Shown one piece after another: positions 54,369 to 64,000 of a stretch of DNA of 64,000 nt (the first letter of the stretch is position 1; each line of letters opens with the position of its first letter). Source of the DNA: Vulcanimicrobiota bacterium. Lineage in GTDB: Bacteria > Vulcanimicrobiota > Xenobia > Xenobiales > JADMJV01. Location: contig JBFWNU010000008.1 of assembly GCA_050250895.1 (NCBI GenBank), forward strand, positions 160,001 through 224,000, written 5' to 3'. A program made the position numbers and the translations under genes. The notes beneath the pieces were generated by a model, which saw only the letters and a list, made by a program, of their open reading frames with translations, was not told the DNA's origin and did not search any database.

Positions 54369-55664
54369 TTAGACCCAGTAGCGAATCGCGAAAAGGACCC
54401 GAAAATAGTCATCCGGGACCGTCAGTCCCACCACTAGCGGATAATATAGGGCCGTGCTAACCAGCACCCCCACCCCAAAACAACAGGCCGAGACCCGGCC
54501 TGTTTTTGTTTCGGCCCAATCGTCCAGACTCTGGGCAGCAGCCAGGGCCATGAACGGTATGGTCACCACCATGTAATAGAGGAAGCCTCCAGTGGTGGAG
54601 ACGATCCAGAATCCCCAATTGGCGAGATAGTTGAGGCCGGCCACGCTCTGGCGGGGCTCCCACTCGTGCCAGAACCGCCGACTCTGTTCGACCAGAAAGA
54701 GCAGTGCGCCCCACCAGAAGACCACCGAGCCCATGGCCACGATGCCGTTGACGTGGCCGTCTTTCTCGTCATAGAGCAGCCACACCGGCCGGAGCATCAA
54801 AGGCCACTCGTACATCTGGCTCTTGTAGCGATGGGTGAACTCTTGCTCGTTGTAGCGAAAGCGCACCATGCGGTCGGCCTGGCCCCGAATCTTCGTCACC
54901 GCCGCCAGGCTGTACCCCTCGCGCTGAAAATGGTGGTAGTAGCTGCCCAGGAACACCAGCGGAATCACCACGGCAAAGACCAGAGCCAGCCAGTAGGCCG
55001 GCCTGGCGGCGTTGGCCCTGGGTTCCTCGTCAAGGTCCAGGCCATCGTAGCGCCGCCACACCCAGACCGTGACCAATCCACCTACGGCGGCGAACAGGCC
55101 ACTCCATTTGCAGGCGGCGGCCAACCCAAAGGTCGTGGCCGCCAGCACGGCCTGGAGGGGGCTGGGTTCTTCGGCATAGCGCAAGCAATGGCACAGGCCG
55201 AGCAAGCAGAAGAACGACAGAGGCATGTCCAGCATGGCGATGCGGCTCTCGGCGATGTGCAAAAGGTCGGTGGCCATGAGCAAAGAGGCGATGACGGCCA
55301 CGCGCGTCGAGCCCCGACCCACACGAAAGGCCAGCCAGTAGAGTAAGGGAATGCAGGCCGTTCCCATGACCAGGCAGGTGAGACGCCACCCGCAGGGTTC
55401 GCTGACAGGGACGCCCTGGCTGCGTAGCCGATCGGCAGTCACCATCCCAAGACCGATCAGCAGCTTGCCCAGGGGCGGGTGGACCGAATTCGGGTCTGGC
55501 TCGTTTTGCAGCAACTCTCTGGCCGCCCGGGCATAGTAGATCTCGTCAAAGTAGGCACGGTCGGGAAAAGAGATATTGTAGGCCCTCAGGGCCAGGCCCA
55601 GAAGGGTGATAGCGACCAGCCAGAGCCAATCCTGGCGGCGGAAATCTACTGGCGGGGCTTGCAC
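54369..55664 (-). CDS. Protein O-mannosyltransferase-like GT-C (GT39/PMT)
   Basis: FDEIYY, HPPLGKLLI, SRIAMLD, KWSG and HRYKSQMYEWPLMLRP motifs. Confidence 0.88.
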   Translation of the reverse strand: MQAPPVDFRRQDWLWLVAITLLGLALRAYNISFPDRAYFDEIYYARAARELLQNEPDPNSVHPPLGKLLIGLGMVTADRLRSQGVPVSEPCGWRLTCLVMGTACIPLLYWLAFRVGRGSTRVAVIASLLMATDLLHIAESRIAMLDMPLSFFCLLGLCHCLRYAEEPSPLQAVLAATTFGLAAACKWSGLFAAVGGLVTVWVWRRYDGLDLDEEPRANAARPAYWLALVFAVVIPLVFLGSYYHHFQREGYSLAAVTKIRGQADRMVRFRYNEQEFTHRYKSQMYEWPLMLRPVWLLYDEKDGHVNGIVAMGSVVFWWGALLFLVEQSRRFWHEWEPRQSVAGLNYLANWGFWIVSTTGGFLYYMVVTIPFMALAAAQSLDDWAETKTGRVSACCFGVGVLVSTALYYPLVVGLTVPDDYFRVLFAIRYWV

Positions 55665-55677
55665 GGCGGTGTGTTCT

Positions 55678-57291
55678 TTAGGGTTGTGAGCGTTCCTTTC
55701 GGGTCGGCCGGGATACCCACATATTGGCCTGGCGCTCGTATTCTAGTCCGGCCCCTCGCAGGGGGGCGAGCAGTTCCTCGGCTCGGCTGTCGGGAATCAC
55801 CATGACCGTCGGTGGGCGGTCGGGCAAAGGCGGCTCCATGGGCGGGTAGGGCCCGGCGCGCCGCTCGCCAAGCACGTTGCTGGTGACGCTCTGGCAGTAA
55901 GGAAAGTAGCTCGAATCGCGACGGAAGACCGGGTGGGCGAATTTGCCTCCCGTTTCTTCACCATAATAGAACTGGTCGGGTCCCACCCTGGCCAGGCTGC
56001 TGCGCGAGGCTCCCAGCAGGTCGGTTAGACCGGTGGGCGGCTCGGCTGCCCAGGCTAACAGGTGGGTGGCCGATAGGAGCAACAGGCAGACCACGACCGC
56101 TCGCCGGCCCAAATCCGGGTCGCTTTGCCTGAGGCGTCCCACGGCCACGGCTCCCAACAGGGCCAGCAGCCAGAACAAATACATACAGTAATAGCCGTAA
56201 CCCACCCGAAAGTGGATGGTGTACCAGAACATCGTGGCCACCGCTCCCGGCAGGTAGAGATTCTGGCGAACTCCGAGCAGATAGCCAAGGCCGAGCAGGG
56301 CCCACAGGTAGAAGAGCGGATTGTTCGTGAGTTCGTGCCCGAACATCCAGGCGGTATGGGTCTGGGTCCAGGCCAACTCGTTGCCGTGCGACGTGTCGAC
56401 GTAGCTCGCCGCGTAGCGATGAGACCAGTACCAATAGTCGCCGACGATGCCTCGCGCGGCCGCATAGAGCAGATTGAACGGGCTGGCCAGCAGGCAGGCG
56501 CCGGCAAAGCGCACGAGAGTGCCCAGCGGCAGGCCCGCTATCACCCCCCCCATGCCGACGGCGAAACCGAAAAAGACGGCCTTCTGAGAGCAGGCATAGC
56601 CGAGGCCGACGGCCAGCCCGGCCAGCCACGGTCGCTCTTTCACCAGCAGATAGAGAGCGGCCAGGCAGGCCAGGGTGGCCGGCGGGTCCGGCCTGAATTC
56701 GCCGGTGGTAGACATCAAGGTAGGGCAACACAACGGCAGGATGAGAGCGCCCCAGCGGTCCCCTCCGAAGTGCTCGACCAGTTGGACCGACAACCAGAGT
56801 CCCCCGACCAGGCAGGCCAGCATGCCCAGTTTGGCCAGCAAGACCAGCACCTGAACGTTGTCGCCGCTCAGCCAGAAGACCGGCCGCAACAGCAACAACG
56901 GTAGCAGTTGCCAGGGGTGCCAATAGTCGATGGTGGGGGTCAGGCCGTCGTAGTCGAGCCAGGCCGAGTGCAGGTGCATCAGTTCATCGGTGTCGAGGCT
57001 GTTGAAGATGCGATCCAGGGCCGCCCACCACAGGGCCAACACGGCAGGCAGCAGGATCCAGTCGCGAATCTCCTGGCGCCTGACCAGCAGAGCGACGGGA
57101 ATGCACCCGATCACCACCAGCCCTAGCCCGAGGCGAATCCAAGCAACTCCACCGTGGTCTTCGGCCTGCAACAGGGCGATGGATAGGGGGTCGGAGGCGG
57201 CTCGCCAGAACCAGATTCCGGTGGCGGCAGTCATCAGACCTATAAGCCACGGAGTAGCGCCGAATCCGGTAGATTCCGTCTCTTGGCTCAT
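55678..57291 (-). CDS. Polytopic membrane protein, probable GT-C glycosyltransferase
   Basis: DTDELMHLH, EFRPD and SQKA motifs with many TM segments, adjacent to the PMT gene. Confidence 0.65.
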   Translation of the reverse strand: MSQETESTGFGATPWLIGLMTAATGIWFWRAASDPLSIALLQAEDHGGVAWIRLGLGLVVIGCIPVALLVRRQEIRDWILLPAVLALWWAALDRIFNSLDTDELMHLHSAWLDYDGLTPTIDYWHPWQLLPLLLLRPVFWLSGDNVQVLVLLAKLGMLACLVGGLWLSVQLVEHFGGDRWGALILPLCCPTLMSTTGEFRPDPPATLACLAALYLLVKERPWLAGLAVGLGYACSQKAVFFGFAVGMGGVIAGLPLGTLVRFAGACLLASPFNLLYAAARGIVGDYWYWSHRYAASYVDTSHGNELAWTQTHTAWMFGHELTNNPLFYLWALLGLGYLLGVRQNLYLPGAVATMFWYTIHFRVGYGYYCMYLFWLLALLGAVAVGRLRQSDPDLGRRAVVVCLLLLSATHLLAWAAEPPTGLTDLLGASRSSLARVGPDQFYYGEETGGKFAHPVFRRDSSYFPYCQSVTSNVLGERRAGPYPPMEPPLPDRPPTVMVIPDSRAEELLAPLRGAGLEYERQANMWVSRPTRKERSQP

Positions 57292-57340
57292 AGGCGACTA
57301 GCTTCGCCAGTCACCCATCCACGCCTGCGGTGCTTTGCGG

Positions 57341-60300
57341 CTAGTCCTGGCGAGCTACCGAGATGTCGCCGATGATGATGGCCTCGTCTTCGACGGCCAT
57401 GGTCTTGGCGGCGTCCGAGCGACCCAGGGCGAACATTGCCGCCGCTTCTTTGAGGGCCGAGGCCATGGCTTCGGGGTTGCCCTGGCGATTCTCGACGGCT
57501 TCGATGGTGGCATCGAGCAAACGGCCGATCTGGTCTTCGTTCTGGCCCAGGCGGGTCAGGCTCTCGACCGTCGTGACCGCTTGTTCGCGAGCCTGCGGGC
57601 TACCCATTACGGTGGCCCTGAGGCGAGACTCGAGCAGCTTCAGCGTACCGGGTTTGGCCTGGACCATTTCCGCGGCCAGCCGGGCTGAAAATCCGCCCTC
57701 GACCAGCGCTCGAAAGCGGCCGTCCTGGTCTGGTTTGAGGTCGGCCAGGGCTGCCACCATCAGCTCTGGTGACACCTTCTGGTCGGTGGCCCACTGGCGC
57801 TGCTGCCGGACTCGGTCGACCGTCTGCTCGAATGGGGCGCCCGTCTTGACCAGACCGGCCACGGCCGCGTAATCGCTCGGGTCCACCGAGGCTGCGAGCC
57901 ACTGTTGGGGGTCAAAGCCCGGCAGCCGCCGGAGTTCGAGCAACCTGCTTTCGGCCTGGGCTGCCCCTCCTGCGTCCAGCAGACGGGCGAACAGTCCGAG
58001 CTCTGACGCCGGCTGGCGTAGGGCCACTTCGACCGTCCAGTGGTTGGTTTTGTCCTCGAGGTTTTCAACCACGCCCTCGAGCGGCAGACCCGACCGGACC
58101 GCCCAACGGGCCGCCTCGGCAGGCAGGCCCGCGGCTAGCGTCTGTTCGAGTCTGGGGCCGGCCGTGTCCGAAGCGAGCCACTCTTTGTCGGCCCATTCCA
58201 GGGCTTTGTCGGGGTCGAGCTTGCCAGCCACCAGGGCCTGGCCCACGCTCCTGACTCGACGGGTGGCCGTTTCGTAGTCCAGGCCCCGGCGCAGGCCCGC
58301 AGCCAGCAACTCGACCAGAGCGGTCTTCACTTTATATTTGTTGACCGGATCGCCACTCTTGACCAGACCGATGTCGGTCAGACTCTGGTAGCGACGCTCG
58401 GCGGGCAGACGACTCAGAGCAGCCTCGGCCTGGAGGATTTGCTCTCCGGCCGGGTCGACGTGAAAGCCCGAGGCGAGCAGTTTCTGGTAGCATTCCAGGC
58501 CCTCGACGGGATGACTGGCCTGGGCCGTCACCCAGGCCAGCACTTTGATCTGGTCGTCGGGCTTTTCGCGAGTGCAAAGCCCCTGGATCAGCGACTTGAC
58601 GCTGGCGTTCGAGTGGCCGGCTGCGAGCAGGGCCGAGAGAGCCTTGAGCGCCTGCTCTTTGACGGCGTATTGATTGAGGGGTTCTTTGCCAGCCAGCAGG
58701 CCGGTCTGCTCGAACAGTTCGATGACGCTCTGGCTGTGCGGGCCGCGGACGGCCCGGGTGTATTCCATGGCTTTCTCGAGGGTATAGCCGTTGGCCAGCA
58801 TAGCCAGAAAGAAGTCCTGGCGTTGGGTGGTCTGGTTGAGAAACAGCGGCTCACGCAGAAAGTCGAGGGCGGTCGCGGCTTTCTCTTTGGCCAGCTTGCG
58901 CACCCGCTCGACCACGCCTGGTTGGGGCGAGGGCCCGGCCCCGGCCAGCGCTTCACAGCCCAGTTGCGTCACTTGCTGGGCGGTGTGACCGGCGGCTAGC
59001 AGGTCAGACACTCGGGCGGCCGTTTCTTCGATCTTTTCAAAGGGGATGGTCAGGGTCACCAGTGCTTCCGCCGCCTGGCGTGGGTCGGCCTCGCCGTGCA
59101 GCCCGGCCATGGCCGGTGCAGCCTGGGCGGGAGTGTAGCCCGCTCGGGTCAGTCGCTCCAGGGCGGCTTGCCGAGCCGGCGTGCCCAGCCGTGGACATTT
59201 GGGATGCTCCTGGCGGGCCAGGGCCCGGGCAACCGCCGGCTCGACTCCGTCGTTGCCGAGTTCAGCCAGAAAGAGCTTGAACAGGCTCTCTTTGGTGGCG
59301 TATTGGCGCCGGGCCTCGTCGGGAGCCGATACCAGGCCCAGTTTCTTGAAGGCTTGAACGCCCTGGGCCGAGGTCAGCCCGGCCCGAGGCGTGGCCACCA
59401 GACTCACGAACCCGTCCAGGCGGTCGCTATGAAAACCACCGTGTTTCACCAGGTCGGCCACAAAGCCGGCTGCCTCGGGGTAGCGAGCGGCCGCCTTAAG
59501 GGCCAGGTTGATTTCGTTCTGAGGCCGTTTCTCGAGGGCCTGGCCCAGGCTGTTGACCACCTCGAGGCACTCGGACTTCGGGCGGCCGGCCGCCAGCAAC
59601 TCGAGCAGGATCGTGGCTCGGGCCTCCAGCCCCTCATAGCCGTTGAAAGGCTCTTTCGAGCCTAGCAGTCCCGCCTCGGTGAAGGCCTCGACCCGTTCGG
59701 CGTGGGTCGTGTCGCCGGCCGGCAAGGCCAACAGGCGGGCAAAGTTAAGCGCCTGAGTAGCGTGATACCCGTGGTGGACCAGACTGAGGAAGAACTCGGC
59801 GCAATCGGGCTGATAGGCCAGGGCGGCCAGGTTCCAGGCCGCCGTGTTGGCTTCATCGGGACCGCGCTCGCGCGTGATCATATCCTGACCCAGGCGTTTG
59901 AAAAGGGCCACCGCCTGCTGGCCCGGCACTCCCCGCAAGACCATGCCGCGAAAGGCGTCATAGAAGGTCTTCTTGACCGAATAGTCGTTGAGGGGGGCTT
60001 TGCCGTTGAGCAACCCGATGTCGGTGTAGGCCTGAACCCGCTGGTCCAGAGCGAGATCGGCCAGCGGGTCCAACAAGCGCTTGGCCGCCGCCACCGCCGG
60101 CTCGGAGTGAAAGCCGCTGGCCCGGATCTTGGCCAGTACCTGTAGGTGCTCGGGGTGGCCGGCCAGTTGCTCTTTATAGAGCACGTCGGCCCCTTCGGGA
60201 CAGCAGTCGCCCAGGGCTTTGAGTTCGGCCACGGCTTCGCCGGGGCTGGCATGATAGGGGAGAGCGGCCTTGAGCATCTCGAGCGCCCGCTGAGGGCGGT

Positions 60301-61150
60301 TGACCGTCTTAAGGGCACGCGCTGCTTCTAGTCGTTGTTCGAAGTTGGTGCCCTCCATGGGGCGGGCCAGGATGGTGGTGGCCGAGAGCCCCCCCTCTTT
60401 GATGGCGGCCGCCACCTGAGCGGCCACTCTGGGGTCGTGGCCCTCACCCAGGGGCGAGTTCTCGGGGGTATAGCCGGTCAGGCGCGCTCCGCCTCGACCG
60501 GGGGAATCTTGCTCGAGAAGTTCGGCCAGACCCAGCAGTCTTTGGGCCGGCTCCTCCGAGCGGAGCAGCTCGAGCGAACCGACGGCAACGTAGGGGTTGG
60601 ACAGGTGCAGGCCGTGGAAGGTAACCTTGCTCTGGTTGGTGTTCCACTCGAGAAAGGCCTGGTAGGGGCTGAGGGTCGACTCTTCGCGATGGAAGAGGCA
60701 GCCGGCCGAGGCCAGCTGATGAAAGAGCAGAACTTCACTGCCAAGAGTTTCATGGGGCTGGCCGGCCAGGGCGCTGAGCAGATGGACGGCCTGAGCGCTC
60801 GGCAGCGCTCGTTTCTCGCCGTCGACCTCGACGAGCAGCTTCTGATCGCCGGCCGCCAGTCGGTCCGCCGCTTCGTGTGACGAGATTGCGTAGTCGGCGC
60901 CCACGAAAGGCAGGGGGATCAGCCGTTTGCGCGTCAGTGGAAGAGCCAGGGCGTCGAGCTGCTGCTCGAGCGTCAGACCCACCATCGAGCCCACTGCTCC
61001 CGGCAGCGAGGCCGCTGCCAGCCCGGCGGAAAGCCCTTTCAGGGGCGGCCTCGAGCCCGGCCGAAACGAATCTAGAGGCGCCGCGGCTCGGACCGGTCTG
61101 GAGCCTTGAGTGGCCGGAACATAGGCGTGATGAATGGGCCGGATCTGCAC
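57341..61150 (-). CDS. Large helical repeat protein (1269 aa) of unknown function
   Basis: Long clean ORF with internal repeats G(F/Y)H...GL(L/V)...P.N.Y..K. Confidence 0.85.
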   Translation of the reverse strand: MQIRPIHHAYVPATQGSRPVRAAAPLDSFRPGSRPPLKGLSAGLAAASLPGAVGSMVGLTLEQQLDALALPLTRKRLIPLPFVGADYAISSHEAADRLAAGDQKLLVEVDGEKRALPSAQAVHLLSALAGQPHETLGSEVLLFHQLASAGCLFHREESTLSPYQAFLEWNTNQSKVTFHGLHLSNPYVAVGSLELLRSEEPAQRLLGLAELLEQDSPGRGGARLTGYTPENSPLGEGHDPRVAAQVAAAIKEGGLSATTILARPMEGTNFEQRLEAARALKTVNRPQRALEMLKAALPYHASPGEAVAELKALGDCCPEGADVLYKEQLAGHPEHLQVLAKIRASGFHSEPAVAAAKRLLDPLADLALDQRVQAYTDIGLLNGKAPLNDYSVKKTFYDAFRGMVLRGVPGQQAVALFKRLGQDMITRERGPDEANTAAWNLAALAYQPDCAEFFLSLVHHGYHATQALNFARLLALPAGDTTHAERVEAFTEAGLLGSKEPFNGYEGLEARATILLELLAAGRPKSECLEVVNSLGQALEKRPQNEINLALKAAARYPEAAGFVADLVKHGGFHSDRLDGFVSLVATPRAGLTSAQGVQAFKKLGLVSAPDEARRQYATKESLFKLFLAELGNDGVEPAVARALARQEHPKCPRLGTPARQAALERLTRAGYTPAQAAPAMAGLHGEADPRQAAEALVTLTIPFEKIEETAARVSDLLAAGHTAQQVTQLGCEALAGAGPSPQPGVVERVRKLAKEKAATALDFLREPLFLNQTTQRQDFFLAMLANGYTLEKAMEYTRAVRGPHSQSVIELFEQTGLLAGKEPLNQYAVKEQALKALSALLAAGHSNASVKSLIQGLCTREKPDDQIKVLAWVTAQASHPVEGLECYQKLLASGFHVDPAGEQILQAEAALSRLPAERRYQSLTDIGLVKSGDPVNKYKVKTALVELLAAGLRRGLDYETATRRVRSVGQALVAGKLDPDKALEWADKEWLASDTAGPRLEQTLAAGLPAEAARWAVRSGLPLEGVVENLEDKTNHWTVEVALRQPASELGLFARLLDAGGAAQAESRLLELRRLPGFDPQQWLAASVDPSDYAAVAGLVKTGAPFEQTVDRVRQQRQWATDQKVSPELMVAALADLKPDQDGRFRALVEGGFSARLAAEMVQAKPGTLKLLESRLRATVMGSPQAREQAVTTVESLTRLGQNEDQIGRLLDATIEAVENRQGNPEAMASALKEAAAMFALGRSDAAKTMAVEDEAIIIGDISVARQD

Positions 61151-61272
61151 GCTTCAATTTAGCCCGAAAGGCTCAAAAAAAGCCGAAAGCCTTGCCAACT
61201 TATGGCAAAGGTTGCCATCTCTCGAAAAGGTGTTCAGGCGTTTTTTGGCCTCATTTCCTAGGCTGTCAGCAG

Positions 61273-62478
61273 ATGTCCAAGCTACCAAGATTGCTCGCTT
61301 CTCTCACCTTGTTGGCCACCGGTTGTGCCGGCAATGTCTCGACTCCCCGACCCAAGACGCCGCCGCCGGCTACCGTCGAGGTCGAGATTCCGCCTGTTCC
61401 CGGCGACACGGTCACGGTCAGCACTCCTGCGACCACGACTACGGTGCAAACCACGGTCGCGCCCACCACCACGGTGGTGACCACCTCGGTGCCGGTGGTC
61501 ATCAACCAGGGCGCCGAGGTCGGGTCGGGGGCGACCGCCAACCGTCACTCCAAAGTGACCGAGCTGGCCACGGCTACCATCTCGGCCGAGCAACTCAGCC
61601 AGCTGGCCGAGCACATGGGCATTCCCAGCAATCAGCTCACTCCGGCGGTGGTCGATTTTCTCGAATTGCACCGCCGGGGCGATGAGTCCATCAAGGACTT
61701 CTCGCTGTGGGAACGCACAGCCGAGTCGGCCGGAGCTGATGCCCTGGATCTGGTCACGGCCGTTTATCCCAATTCTCAGGTAGGCCTGCGGGCCTACTAC
61801 CACCTCACCAGGATGGATAGCTTTCTCGAGCAATGGAGTGGTGAACTGGCCGGACTGGCCCCGGGTAAGCGCGATGCAGCGGTGCGGGAGTTTACCGCTC
61901 GGGTGCTGGTGGGTGAGCAAGTCCACGGCAACCGGACCGCTCTCACGGGCGAGGGATGGACCGAGCATCTGGCCCTGGCTCCGGACCAACCCAACTGGGC
62001 AGCGGTCGTGGGGCGAGTCACCAACGTGGCCTTCTTCATGAATCGGTTCGACGATTGGGACGTGCCCGTCCCCCACGGCGAGCAAGCCGTCAAGGCGACC
62101 TTTGGCGCCCCCGGCAAGAATATCGTTTATGTCGACGTCCGGATTGGCCCGGGGGGGCAGATGCAACGGGTGGGCTTCAACCAGAAGGTGGCTCATAAGC
62201 TGGTGGCGGCCTTTGAAGAGATTGACGCCCTGGGCCTGGGCGGCGAGCTGCATTCCTTCGGCGGCAGCTTCGGGGTGCGAGCCAAGCGCACCAGTGGCGA
62301 ACTGTCGACCCACTCCTGGGGGATCGCCATCGATGTCAACTCAGCCGAATACCCGCTGGGTATCCGACCTGACCAGACCAGCTTCGGCCACCATCTTCTC
62401 GCCAACAGCTTGACGCGCTATGGCTTCGTGCAGATGCCCGAGGACGCCCATCACTTCCAGTATGCCACCGGCTACTGA
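61273..62478 (+). CDS. Lipoprotein with a C-terminal M15-family peptidoglycan peptidase domain
   Basis: Lipobox LATGC, Thr/Pro-rich linker, STHSWGIAIDVN and DAHHFQ motifs. Confidence 0.85.
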   Translation: MSKLPRLLASLTLLATGCAGNVSTPRPKTPPPATVEVEIPPVPGDTVTVSTPATTTTVQTTVAPTTTVVTTSVPVVINQGAEVGSGATANRHSKVTELATATISAEQLSQLAEHMGIPSNQLTPAVVDFLELHRRGDESIKDFSLWERTAESAGADALDLVTAVYPNSQVGLRAYYHLTRMDSFLEQWSGELAGLAPGKRDAAVREFTARVLVGEQVHGNRTALTGEGWTEHLALAPDQPNWAAVVGRVTNVAFFMNRFDDWDVPVPHGEQAVKATFGAPGKNIVYVDVRIGPGGQMQRVGFNQKVAHKLVAAFEEIDALGLGGELHSFGGSFGVRAKRTSGELSTHSWGIAIDVNSAEYPLGIRPDQTSFGHHLLANSLTRYGFVQMPEDAHHFQYATGY

Positions 62479-62586
62479 GCAGTTCATAAACTGGTTCCAA
62501 ATCTGCAATAACACGTTAACAAATTCCACGGGTCACCCACCCGCTGCTTGCTAAGTTGAACTCAACAAAGTAGGAGAGGTGCCCAC

Positions 62587-63753
62587 GTGAATTCCATCGT
62601 TCTAACCGTCGAAGCCCGTTGGCTGCAAGTCGACCACGAGACCCTGGCCGAGCGAGCCCAAAACCTCAAGAGCCGCGCCCAGGCAGCCGTGCACGAAGTG
62701 GTGGAACGCTACGGCCCCAAAGGAGTGCCGCTCCGCGAACTGGCCCTGGTCACTCGCCAGCTTTCAGTGATGCTACGCTCGGGGGTGCGCATCGTCCCCG
62801 CCCTGGGAAGCTGCTCGAGCGACAGTCCGCGGCTCAACGAGGCCTTGCTCGGCGTGCGCGCCGAGGTCGAGCGCGGTCAGCCCCTCGAGGCCGCCCTGGC
62901 CAGGTTTCCCGACATCTTCGGTAGGGACTATGTGGGCCTGGTCATGGCCGGAGCCGAGTCGGGCCGCCTGGTAGGCGTGCTCGAACGGCTCAGCGATCAG
63001 CTCGAGGCTCGCTACGCGCGCAGCCGCAAACTGGCCGCCGTCATCTTCTATCCGCTCTTCATTGCCCTGGTGACCCTGAGCCTGGCCGCCCTGTTCGTGG
63101 GATTCGTGCTGCCGATGCTGGTGCCCCAGTTCGAGCAGACGGGAACGGCCCTGCCCTGGAGTACCAACTTCTTGCTGCATCTGTCGTACCTGCTCAAGAG
63201 CGGCTGGTTCTGGCTGGCCGTAGTCATCGGGGCCATCGAGGCCGGACGCCGGCTGCTGCCCCTGACCCGCTGCCCCAAGGTGCGCCGGCAGGTGGGAGCC
63301 TGGCTGCTCGGCCTCCCGCTCGTGGGTGATCTCCACCGCTCCAGCCTGATGTCGGGTCTGCTCGAGTCGATGGCCTTGATGGTGGACACCGGCATGTGGG
63401 TCGACCGTGTGCTGGTGGTCTGCGCCACCTCGTGCCCCAACCCTGAAGTGGCCCAGCGGCTGGCCAGGGCTCGCAAACTGCTGTTGGAAGGAAAGGATTG
63501 GTACGATGCCCTGGGCGCCACCGGCCTCTTCACCACCGAAGAGGTAGGCCTGGTGCGGACCGGTTCTGAGGCCGGCATCCTCCCCACCAAACTGCGCTAC
63601 CTCGCTCGCATGCACGAAGACCGCCTGGAAGTGGCCCGCGAGCGTCTGTCGGCCGCGATGGGACCGGTGATGATGGCCACCATGGGCTTGCTAGCCGGAT
63701 TCGTGATGTGTGCCGCTCTGGCTCCTACGGTCACCTTGCTCAACAGCTTCTGA
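62587..63753 (+). CDS. Type II secretion/type IV pilus platform protein (GspF/PilC family)
   Basis: TRQLSVMLRSGV, AGAESGRL, FYP, LPWST and TGSEAG motifs. Confidence 0.9.
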   Translation: MNSIVLTVEARWLQVDHETLAERAQNLKSRAQAAVHEVVERYGPKGVPLRELALVTRQLSVMLRSGVRIVPALGSCSSDSPRLNEALLGVRAEVERGQPLEAALARFPDIFGRDYVGLVMAGAESGRLVGVLERLSDQLEARYARSRKLAAVIFYPLFIALVTLSLAALFVGFVLPMLVPQFEQTGTALPWSTNFLLHLSYLLKSGWFWLAVVIGAIEAGRRLLPLTRCPKVRRQVGAWLLGLPLVGDLHRSSLMSGLLESMALMVDTGMWVDRVLVVCATSCPNPEVAQRLARARKLLLEGKDWYDALGATGLFTTEEVGLVRTGSEAGILPTKLRYLARMHEDRLEVARERLSAAMGPVMMATMGLLAGFVMCAALAPTVTLLNSF

Positions 63754-63787
63754 AGGTCGCATCTTGCCCGGGAGAGAAATTCAGCCG

Positions 63788-64000
63788 ATGCGGCCGAGGG
63801 GGATAAGCCTGGTGGAGACGATCGTGGCCTTCACCGTTCTCTCCACCGCTCTGCTGGTGATGCTCAATCTCTTCCTCGGTTCGCACAAAGCGGTGGCGCA
63901 CAGCGAGCGGATGCAGGCGGCCGACGCCCTGGCTCGCAGTCTGCTGCAGCAGCAGCTGGCGCTGCCCTTCGAGGCTCTCGCGCTGGGCACGCTCACCCCC
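63788..64000 (+). CDS. Prepilin-type N-terminal cleavage/methylation protein, truncated by the window end
   Basis: Manual translation MRPRG|ISLVETIVAFTVLSTALLVMLNLF with G-1 and E+5. Follows the GspF/PilC gene. Confidence 0.82.
   Translation, partial: MRPRGISLVETIVAFTVLSTALLVMLNLFLGSHKAVAHSERMQAADALARSLLQQQLALPFEALALGTLTP

Overview
A GC-rich bacterial chromosomal window, mostly housekeeping and metabolic genes. It contains a sugar kinase/nucleotidyltransferase pair, fpg, the glyoxylate shunt (aceK, aceB, aceA), folE, amtB-PII, a stand-alone rpoB with no adjacent rpoC, an orphan BMC shell gene, a persulfide dioxygenase-YeeE/YedE operon, gcvP, msrB, recQ, ada/alkA-ogt, GT-C glycosyltransferases and the start of a pilC/prepilin locus. 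The RpoB looks Terrabacteria-like and the orphan proteins suggest Eremiobacterota/Vulcanimicrobiota, but this is inference only. I saw no rRNA, tRNA, CRISPR-cas or transposase. The most unusual signals are these. (1) Three bipartite hairpin arrays (2499-3077, 13696-14154, 14586-15005) alternate variable GC hairpins with short CTCC/GGAG linkers and switch strand at a central point. Their loops read mostly GNA/GNNA and several stems carry tandem G-A mismatches on the CTCC strand, as in very stable ssDNA hairpins. Two of the arrays flank a four-helix-bundle (23S-IVP/Avd-like) gene as direct repeats. (2) A 20-aa C-terminal motif is shared by unrelated orphan proteins and is a candidate sorting signal. 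(3) rpoB is monocistronic and carries a ~125-aa insertion. (4) A 137-bp MITE lies between two convergent genes. (5) gcvP has a structured leader and phased operator-like repeats upstream.
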